33,185 nucleotides of DNA. Origin: Desulfomonilaceae bacterium. Lineage in GTDB: Bacteria; Desulfobacterota; Desulfomonilia; Desulfomonilales; Desulfomonilaceae. Of the stretch, positions 1 to 6,890 are shown in pieces. Below the pieces are notes generated by a model. The model had not been told where the DNA came from. It did not search any database and worked only from the letters and a program-made list of their open reading frames with translations. The translations under genes were made by a program, and so were the position numbers. The stretch covers positions 1-33,185 of the forward strand of contig JBMFSZ010000001.1 in the NCBI GenBank assembly GCA_049967315.1, given 5' to 3'. Positions within the stretch are counted from its first letter, which is position 1. Every line of letters begins with the position of its first letter.

Positions 1-322
1 CGAAGCTCCCGTCCATGAAAGCCTCGCTCCAGTCGAGGACTCCACTGCTATCCAGTTCAGAAAGGAAAGTTCGCCAGATATTGAGCCAAATCCCTTCTTC
101 TTCCCATCGCCTAAGTCTTCGCCAGCAGGTCGCGGGACTCGGATACCTCTCTGGTAAATCCTTCCATCTTGCGCCTGTCCGTAATACCCATAAGATTCCC
201 TCCACAACCATACGGTCATCAGCTCGAGGACGACCTTTCTTACGAGGAATCTCCACATTCGGTAACAAAGGGAGTATCTTCTCCCACTGCGTATCAGTTA
301 ATAGTTCGGTTCCACGCCTCAT
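1..322 (-). mobile_element. IS5-family transposase gene, 5' portion only (DUF4096-type N-terminus running into the first DDE aspartate). It continues beyond the left window edge.
   Basis: Not in the supplied ORF track because it is open at the edge. The reverse complement of 322..2 translates without stops to MRRGTELLTDTQWEKILPLLPNVEIPRKKGRPRADDRMVVEGILWVLRTGARWKDLPERYPSPATCWRRLRRWEEEGIWLNIWRTFLSELDSSGVLDWSEAFMDGSF. The LTDxQWxxIxPLLP, GRPR, ILWVLRTGxxWxDLPxxY, WRRxxRW and xDGSF pattern is the hallmark of IS5-family transposases. The ATG (322-320) is preceded by GGAGGTGA (reverse complement of 327-334) with a 4-nt spacer. Confidence 0.85.
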
Positions 323-429
323 TGGATCACCTCCAATGAGGCTCATACGCGAAAACACCAAAAAGTACAACTACTTATTTAATACCCCAGAAATGTCGGT
401 CACATGGCATTTTTGAAACCAGCTCTAAA

Positions 430-2415
430 GTGTTGTTGGTAATTGCAGCAATTTCTGCGTCTTTCATCATCGGATATTACTTTTCCCAAATGTCCTCATC
501 TGGGGAAATTGCCAATACGCCAAAGGTCAACAAAACCCCAATGGGTCAGGAAACTAAACAAAGTTACAAACCTGACGCGCATAAGCAGGAACATAAGACA
601 GTCTGGACATGTTCGATGCATCCCCAAATTAGAATGCCAGGTCCAGGCAAATGTCCGATTTGTTTCATGGACCTTATTCCGGTGGAAGATGACGATCAGG
701 ACCCCACGAGTGGAGCGGCTGCTCCGACTTTGACGCTCTCTCCGGAAGCCAAAAAACTTGCTGAAATAGAAACGACCGAGGTGAAGAGAAAACGGGCCAA
801 GGCGTTAGTTTCAATGGTTGGAATGGTATTTGAGGATGAAACACGTGTGGCTGCAATAACTTCACGCATAGATGGCAGACTGGACGCTGTTTACGTTGAT
901 TATACAGGGGAGAAAGTAAACCAGGGTGATCCGTTGGTAAAAATATGGAGCCCTACCCTTATTAAGGGTCAGGTCGAGCTATTTGAAACCATGAGGAGTG
1001 ACCCAAATGACACTCCTCTCATAAAAGGAGCTGAGGAGAAACTCCTGCAATACGGACTGGATCGTGAACAGATCGAAAGTATCGAGGCGCAAAAGCGCCC
1101 CACTCTTTATGTGACGCTCAAAGCGCCCATAAGCGGTATAGTTACCAAGAAAAATGCCTTGCTCGGACAATTCGTAAAAGAAGGAACCGACATGTTCATT
1201 ATCAATGACCTCTCAAATGTGTGGGTAAAGATGGACGCTTACGAAACTGATCTACCCTGGATCAGATACGGTCAGGACATCAAATTCACTACGCCTTCCT
1301 TCCCTGGCCGCAGCTTCGAAGGCAAGGTTTTGTTCATCGATCCAACTCTGGATAAAAAGACACGCTCCGTAAAAATTAGAGTGGACGCCCCAAATCCGGA
1401 TTACCTTTTGAAGCCAGGTATGTTTGTGAGCGCTGAACTTGAAGCGGAACTGGATGATAAAGGCAAAGTAGTCAAACCTGAATGGGTTGGGAAATATATA
1501 TGTCCCGTCCATCCCAGAGAAGTCTACTCTGAACCCGGCATATGCCCTAAAAGCAAAATGGCGCTGAGGCCTTCTTCATCTTATGGTTACGCTGATGGGG
1601 GCGGCTCACAGCCTCCATTAATAATTCCGGCATCAGCTCCACTCATAACGGGGAAACGTTCAATAGTCTATGTTGAGGTTCCTGACAGATCCGTTCCGAC
1701 GTACGAGCTACGTGAAGTCACCCTGGGGCCGAGAGTGGGCGACGAATACATCGTAGAAAAAGGGCTTAAGGAAGGTGAGAGGGTCGTCACTAAAGGAGCG
1801 TTCAAGATTGATAGCACTATGCAGATCCTCGGGAAGTCCAGCATGATGTCTCCCCTAGAAGGTGCAAACACAGCACAAAACAAAAACCAGACAGTACAGG
1901 GTCCGGAAAACAAATCTGACGAAGAAACTGTAGAAAAACTAAAAGTCCCCAGTAATTTTGTTAAGGCCTTAACCCCACTTTACAGCGACTATCTGGACAT
2001 GAAACAGGCCATCATGCGCAAATCTTCCGAGGATGCGATATCGTCTGGAAAACAGCTAATCAAACATCTTAACGAGATAGACAGCGCCACTATGGAGAAA
2101 AAACCGAAGAAGAAATGGCATGAACTGTCTAATGCAATTCTGGGCGCAGCCACGAAAATTATAGAAACATCCAATCCTTTAGATCAACGACGTTTTTTCA
2201 GTGATCTCTCAGAATCAATGGTCAAGACACTCATGACTTTCGGGCAAATAACTGGAGCTGATTTGACCATTTATTTCTGTCAAGAAGCTTTCGACGGGCA
2301 AGGTTTTTACTGGATTGGAAGCGATGGGGACAGCAAGAATCCAGTTTATGGCGCCGAGAACAAATCTGATGAATGCGCCGAATTGATTGACAAAATTTCC
2401 CCAGACAAACCTTAA
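430..2415 (+). CDS. Efflux RND periplasmic adaptor (membrane fusion protein), CusB-like. It has an N-terminal heavy-metal-binding domain and a C-terminal DUF3347-like domain.
   Basis: 661-aa ORF with an N-terminal TM helix (LLVIAAISASFIIGYYF). WTCSMHPQIRMPGPGKCPICFMDLIPV matches the CxxH...CPxCxM heavy-metal-binding domain seen in CusB-type adaptors. The central region is HlyD/MFP-like (GDPLVKIWSP, LKPGMFVSAEL, ERVVTKGAFKID). The C-terminal ~150 aa resemble DUF3347. The start is GTG 430, the first start codon after the in-frame TGA at 337-339, and it has no convincing SD. Confidence 0.85.
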   Translation: MLLVIAAISASFIIGYYFSQMSSSGEIANTPKVNKTPMGQETKQSYKPDAHKQEHKTVWTCSMHPQIRMPGPGKCPICFMDLIPVEDDDQDPTSGAAAPTLTLSPEAKKLAEIETTEVKRKRAKALVSMVGMVFEDETRVAAITSRIDGRLDAVYVDYTGEKVNQGDPLVKIWSPTLIKGQVELFETMRSDPNDTPLIKGAEEKLLQYGLDREQIESIEAQKRPTLYVTLKAPISGIVTKKNALLGQFVKEGTDMFIINDLSNVWVKMDAYETDLPWIRYGQDIKFTTPSFPGRSFEGKVLFIDPTLDKKTRSVKIRVDAPNPDYLLKPGMFVSAELEAELDDKGKVVKPEWVGKYICPVHPREVYSEPGICPKSKMALRPSSSYGYADGGGSQPPLIIPASAPLITGKRSIVYVEVPDRSVPTYELREVTLGPRVGDEYIVEKGLKEGERVVTKGAFKIDSTMQILGKSSMMSPLEGANTAQNKNQTVQGPENKSDEETVEKLKVPSNFVKALTPLYSDYLDMKQAIMRKSSEDAISSGKQLIKHLNEIDSATMEKKPKKKWHELSNAILGAATKIIETSNPLDQRRFFSDLSESMVKTLMTFGQITGADLTIYFCQEAFDGQGFYWIGSDGDSKNPVYGAENKSDECAELIDKISPDKP

Positions 2416-2433
2416 ACCGGTTGGTGGTGAAAT

Positions 2434-5400
2434 ATGAACATGGATAAATCGAAAACGGAAGAACCGCCTGCAAATAGAGACACTTTATTCTCGAGATTCA
2501 TGCGCTTCTGGATCCAACAAAAGCTATTTATGGCCCTGGTGTTAGGATTCACTCTTTTGGGTGGGATCTCCGTCGCCCCTTTTGACTGGAATATTTCGTG
2601 GTTACCGAGATTTCCCGTCCCCGTAGACGCAATTCCTGACATAGGGGAAAACCAGCAGATCGTGTTTACTACGTGGGAAGGAAGGTCACCAAAGGATATT
2701 GAAGACCAAATAACTTATCCATTGACGGTTGCGCTTCTTGGGGTACCGGGTGTCAAGGTGATCAGAAGCGATTCCTTTTTCGGCTTTTCGACCATCTACA
2801 TCATCTTCAAGGAAAACGTAGACTTCTATTGGTCAAGATCTCGAATCCTGGAAAAATTGAATTCCCTACAGCCCGGCACGCTTCCAGAAGGGGTTCAACC
2901 TGTTTTAGGTCCAGATGCGACCGCTTTAGGGCAAGTATTCTGGTATACCCTCGAAGGTGAAGGCTTCGGATTGGACGAGTTGAGGACCATACAGGATTAT
3001 TATGTCAAGTACTATCTGCAATCGGCTAGTGGAGTCAGTGAAGTCGCTTCTGTCGGAGGATATGTCAAGGAATATCAGGTTGACGTCAACCCCGACGCAA
3101 TGCGAGCCCATAATGTAACCTTACCTGAAGTTTACTCTGCGGTTCAGATGTCAAATATTGACGTCGGGGCTGGAATCATCGAGTTAAATGGCGCAGAATA
3201 TAGCATTCGCGGGCTCGGCTTTATAAAATCGGTACAAGACCTCGAAAACAGTGTCGTCAAGGTCAATGATAACGTTCCCTTGTTCATAAAAGACGTGGCT
3301 ACTGTTTCGTTAGGTCCAGCCATGAGGCGGGGGGCTCTGGACAAAGAGGGCGCTGAAGCGGTCGGGGGAGTTGTTGTAGTAAGATATTCCGAGAACCCTC
3401 TTCAAGTAATCAAAAACGTCAAGAAAAAAATTGCGGAGATAAGTCCGGGACTTCCAACAAAAAAACTCGCTGATGGACGATTATCCCAGGTCAAGATTGT
3501 TCCATTCTACGATCGAACCAATCTCATATATGAAACGCTAGACACCTTAAACAAAGCCCTGCATGAAGAAATTCTCGTATGCATAATCGTCGTAATCGTT
3601 ATGATGAACAATATATTAGGATCATTACTCATCTCTTCGGTCCTGCCCCTTGCTGTTCTCTTTACGTTCATCGTCATGAAATTTGCAGGCGTCGACGCCA
3701 ACATAATGGCGCTGTCAGGTATTGCCATTGCCATTGGGGTAATGGTCGACATGGGCATAATACTTTGCGAAAACATCCTGAAGCGTATAGAAGAAGCCCC
3801 TGAAGACGCCAGGATGTTCGACATCGTGCACGCCTCGGCAGTGGAAGTCGGTGGCGCGGTAGTAACGTCATCTCTAACGACGATATTCTCCTTTTTGCCG
3901 GTTTTCACTTTGACAGGCCCCGAAGGTAAACTCTTTGGCCCAGTGGCCTATACAAAAACGTTTGCGGTCGGAGCGTCATTGATCCTGGCTCTAACCTTAA
4001 TTCCGCCTTTGGCGCACATAGTTTTCAAGCGTAGAAACATCCCCATTAATTTGCGTTCAGGAATCTATGTGATTACCGGTTTGCTGGGAATATGGCTAGG
4101 TTCATCTGTCTCATGGGTAATAGGAGCGCCTATAACATTTGTCTCTTTGATAAAGATTGCCTCATCGTTCCTCCCAGAGAGGATTCAACGCGGGATCCCA
4201 ATCTTATTCAACATCGTTGCCTTAATTTTTGTGACTTATTTGTTGACGATCCATTGGCTACCTTTAGGGCCGGAAAAGGGGCTCCCGAGGAATTTCATTT
4301 TCGCGTCTGGCATCATTTTCGGATTGCTGGCAGTCAGAAAGATTTTCACTGCCAATTACAAGACAATTCTCTCTTGGAGCCTTGACCACAAGGCCCTCTT
4401 TCTAACCCTGCCAATTTCTCTCGTAATTTTTGGCTGTGTCATTTGGTTGGGATTCACTCGAGTGTTTGGATTTATTCCGTGGACAGTGGACAAGATTTCA
4501 TTTGGTTTTTCCCGAAATCCCGGGAACAAGACGAACGTCGAAAACGCAAGCGGGGGAAATCTGATACGCTCCTCATCAATATGGTCAAAACTAGCCCATA
4601 AGTTTCCCGGACTCGGAAAGGAGTTTATGCCAGACCTTGATGAAGGTTCTTTCCTTTATATGCCAACGATCATGCCCCACGGTTCCATCAATGAAGCTCT
4701 TGATATCCTTCAGAAACAGGATAAAGCGATTCGGTCCATACCTGAGGTTGAATCGGTAGTTGGAAAAATCGGCCGGGTCGAAAGCGCCCTGGATCCAGCG
4801 CCAGTGTCTATGATTGAAACAATCATAACCTATGCGCCGGAGTACAAAACAGACCCGGTAACCGGTCAGCATGAGGTTGACCCTAAAACAGGCAAGCCGA
4901 TACGGAATTGGCGAAAACAAATCAAGACCCCTGATGATATCTGGAAGGAAATTCTTCGTGTATCGAAAATACCAGGGGTAACCTCGGCCCCGAAGCTTCA
5001 ACCTATTGCCGCACGTATCGTCATGCTTCAAAGCGGTATGAGGGCATCCATGGGCGTAAAGATTAAAGGTAGAGATATTCGGGAAATTGAAAAGCTTGGG
5101 CTTGAGATCGAGAAGTATCTTAAAGAAGTGCCTTCAATAGATCCTGCAACAGTTGTAGCTGACCGTGTTGTAGGGAATCCCTATCTTGAAATAGCAATTA
5201 ATAGAAAAGCCATAGCTAGGTACGGCCTTGCAATAAAGGATGTTCAGGACATAATTGAGATCGCCATAGGCGGCAAAAAGATTACAACCACGGTTGAGGG
5301 TCGCGAAAGATACCCGGTACGAGTCAGATACCAGCGAGAACTTCGGGATTCACTGGAATCACTCAAGAAAATCCTTGTGACGGACAAGGACGGCGTTCAG

Positions 5401-6231
5401 GTGCCCCTATCAGAGGTTGCAACCATTAATTATAGCCCAGGACCTATGGTCATCAAATCTGAAGACACTTTCCTGACCAGCTATGTGCTCTTCGACAAGA
5501 GACAGGGGTTTGCCGAGGTAAATGTAGTTGAAAGCGCCGATAGTTTTCTAAAAAGCCTCATAAAAAATGGGCAACTGAAACTTCCTCCCGGCGCTTCAAT
5601 CAGTTTCGCAGGGTCATACGAGAACCAGGTTCGCTCGGAACAGACATTAGGAATAGTTATACCTATTGCTCTTTGCCTGATTTTTGCGGTTCTCTATCTG
5701 CAGTTCCATTCCATCCCCACTTCTCTCAACGTATTTTCAGGCATATTTGTCGCATGGTCAGGTGGCTTTCTGATGCTGTGGCTTTATTCCCAACCATGGT
5801 TTCTTGATTTCAGCGTGTTCGGCGTCAATATGAGAGAGTTGTTTCAGGTGCACCCTTACAACTTAAGCGTAGCCGTATGGGTTGGATTCCTCGCTCTTTT
5901 TGGTATAGCCACAAATGACGGGGTAATTTACTCTACCTACCTTGATCAGGTGTTTGCGAAACATTCATTTCATTCTATTCATGAGATCAGGGAGGCCACA
6001 GTGGAAGCCGGAATGAGAAGAGTCAGGCCTGCCTTGATGACTACCGCCACCACCATACTGGCGTTAATACCAGTTCTCACATCCCAAGGGAAAGGATCAG
6101 ACGTAATGGTCCCCATGGCTCTTCCCAGCTTTGGTGGGATGTGTATCGATATAATTACCATTTTTGTGGTCCCTAACATCTATTGTCTCGTGAAGGAAAT
6201 TGAATTTAGGAGACTAGGACATTTACTCTAA
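2434..6231 (+). CDS. cusA: Heavy-metal efflux RND permease, CusA/CzcA (HME) family, unusually long at 1265 aa.
   Basis: RND architecture: TM1 (FMALVLGFTLLGGISVAPF), a large periplasmic loop, a TM2-6 block (GIAIAIGVMVDMGIILCENI), a second large loop and a C-terminal TM block (ALMTTATTILALIPVL). Methionines sit in FLYMPTIMP, PVSMIETI and RIVMLQSG, where I expect the CusA Cu(I)/Ag(I) three-Met site. The gene starts 19 nt after the adaptor stop and is preceded by GGTGGTGA. Confidence 0.9.
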   Translation: MNMDKSKTEEPPANRDTLFSRFMRFWIQQKLFMALVLGFTLLGGISVAPFDWNISWLPRFPVPVDAIPDIGENQQIVFTTWEGRSPKDIEDQITYPLTVALLGVPGVKVIRSDSFFGFSTIYIIFKENVDFYWSRSRILEKLNSLQPGTLPEGVQPVLGPDATALGQVFWYTLEGEGFGLDELRTIQDYYVKYYLQSASGVSEVASVGGYVKEYQVDVNPDAMRAHNVTLPEVYSAVQMSNIDVGAGIIELNGAEYSIRGLGFIKSVQDLENSVVKVNDNVPLFIKDVATVSLGPAMRRGALDKEGAEAVGGVVVVRYSENPLQVIKNVKKKIAEISPGLPTKKLADGRLSQVKIVPFYDRTNLIYETLDTLNKALHEEILVCIIVVIVMMNNILGSLLISSVLPLAVLFTFIVMKFAGVDANIMALSGIAIAIGVMVDMGIILCENILKRIEEAPEDARMFDIVHASAVEVGGAVVTSSLTTIFSFLPVFTLTGPEGKLFGPVAYTKTFAVGASLILALTLIPPLAHIVFKRRNIPINLRSGIYVITGLLGIWLGSSVSWVIGAPITFVSLIKIASSFLPERIQRGIPILFNIVALIFVTYLLTIHWLPLGPEKGLPRNFIFASGIIFGLLAVRKIFTANYKTILSWSLDHKALFLTLPISLVIFGCVIWLGFTRVFGFIPWTVDKISFGFSRNPGNKTNVENASGGNLIRSSSIWSKLAHKFPGLGKEFMPDLDEGSFLYMPTIMPHGSINEALDILQKQDKAIRSIPEVESVVGKIGRVESALDPAPVSMIETIITYAPEYKTDPVTGQHEVDPKTGKPIRNWRKQIKTPDDIWKEILRVSKIPGVTSAPKLQPIAARIVMLQSGMRASMGVKIKGRDIREIEKLGLEIEKYLKEVPSIDPATVVADRVVGNPYLEIAINRKAIARYGLAIKDVQDIIEIAIGGKKITTTVEGRERYPVRVRYQRELRDSLESLKKILVTDKDGVQVPLSEVATINYSPGPMVIKSEDTFLTSYVLFDKRQGFAEVNVVESADSFLKSLIKNGQLKLPPGASISFAGSYENQVRSEQTLGIVIPIALCLIFAVLYLQFHSIPTSLNVFSGIFVAWSGGFLMLWLYSQPWFLDFSVFGVNMRELFQVHPYNLSVAVWVGFLALFGIATNDGVIYSTYLDQVFAKHSFHSIHEIREATVEAGMRRVRPALMTTATTILALIPVLTSQGKGSDVMVPMALPSFGGMCIDIITIFVVPNIYCLVKEIEFRRLGHLL

Positions 6232-6251
6232 GAACATAAGGAGGATTCAAC

Positions 6252-6776
6252 GTGAAAAAGTTGTTCAACAAATTGAACGTTCTGGCGCTGACACTGATTT
6301 TTGTGGGAACTTTTGGGGCAAGCTGGGCTTTTGCTGAGAAAGCTGTAGAGTTACCAGATGGGTCAAAGATTCCGCTTCCAGCGACCTGCGCTATTTGCGG
6401 GATGAAATCCCAGGATGAAGCTGGAATTCACGGAGCCCTGGTTTTTTCGAGTGGGAAAGTAATTCCGTTTGACACCACATCTGAATTATTCAAGTATTGG
6501 CTTTCGCCTGAAACATTTGGCTTCAAGGCATCGGATGTGAAGAAAGCTTTTGTCATAGATCATGAATCCGGGAAGTTCGTGGATGCCCAAAAAGAGGTAT
6601 ACGTCATGGGCTCTAAAGTGCACGCCGTGATGGGACCTGAAATGTACGCATTTTCGAATAAAGCCGCTGCTGAGAAGTTCATCGGGGACAGCAAGGACAA
6701 AAAGCTGCTTGCTTTTTCTGAAGTCTCCCTTAAAGATGTAACTACGAAGAAAAAGATGTTAAAGATGAAACACTAG
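6252..6776 (+). CDS. Secreted NosL-family (copper-chaperone-like) protein.
   Basis: GTG start preceded by AGGAGG. Signal peptide MKKLFNKLNVLALTLIFVGTFGASWAFA|EK. The CAICGM motif, then FDTTSELFKYWL, VIDHESGKFVDA and MGPEMYAFSNKAAAEKF, follow the order and spacing of NosL-family motifs (CxxCGM ... W ... hD ... MG..l..F....A..F). The tail is Met/His/Lys-rich (KKKMLKMKH). It starts 20 nt after the pump stop and is co-directional with it. Confidence 0.75.
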   Translation: MKKLFNKLNVLALTLIFVGTFGASWAFAEKAVELPDGSKIPLPATCAICGMKSQDEAGIHGALVFSSGKVIPFDTTSELFKYWLSPETFGFKASDVKKAFVIDHESGKFVDAQKEVYVMGSKVHAVMGPEMYAFSNKAAAEKFIGDSKDKKLLAFSEVSLKDVTTKKKMLKMKH

Positions 6777-6809
6777 AAACCCCGATTGATGGCAATACAG
6801 GGCTTGACT

Positions 6810-6861
6810 GGCAGATGTTCCGCTCATGCTTTGTTAGTTTCTTCCACAGCGGACGTCTGCC
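6810..6861 (+). terminator. Long imperfect GC-rich hairpin downstream of the NosL-like gene. It may be a terminator or an RNA stability element.
   Basis: GGCAGATGT(T)CCGC at 6810-6823 pairs with GCGGACGTCTGCC at 6849-6861. That gives about 13 bp with one bulge and one or two G-U pairs, around a ~25-nt loop. No U-tract follows, so it is not a canonical intrinsic terminator. CTTGACT occurs on both sides (6803-6809 and 6866-6872). Confidence 0.25.
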
Positions 6862-6890
6862 GCACCTTGACTAATTACTGGACCAACTGA

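Noticed and set aside
15-416. 133-aa plus-strand ORF at the left edge.
   Set aside because: It lies antisense to a much better-supported IS5-family transposase reading frame (322..1, minus strand). Its Ser/Arg/Leu-rich composition shows no recognisable motifs and it has no SD.
6252-6776. The NosL-like gene as evidence for a nitrous-oxide reductase cluster.
   Set aside because: No nosZ-, nosD-, nosF-, nosY- or nosR-like ORFs occur anywhere in the window. The gene is operonic with the RND pump instead.
6806-6822. Possible sigma54 (-24/-12) promoter, CTGGCA-N8-CCGC, upstream of the cyclase gene.
   Set aside because: The GG-N10-GC spacing fits, but the -12 element reads CCGC rather than TTGC. 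The site also lies inside the left arm of the hairpin at 6810-6861, and no enhancer-binding protein gene is nearby. The evidence is too weak to call.
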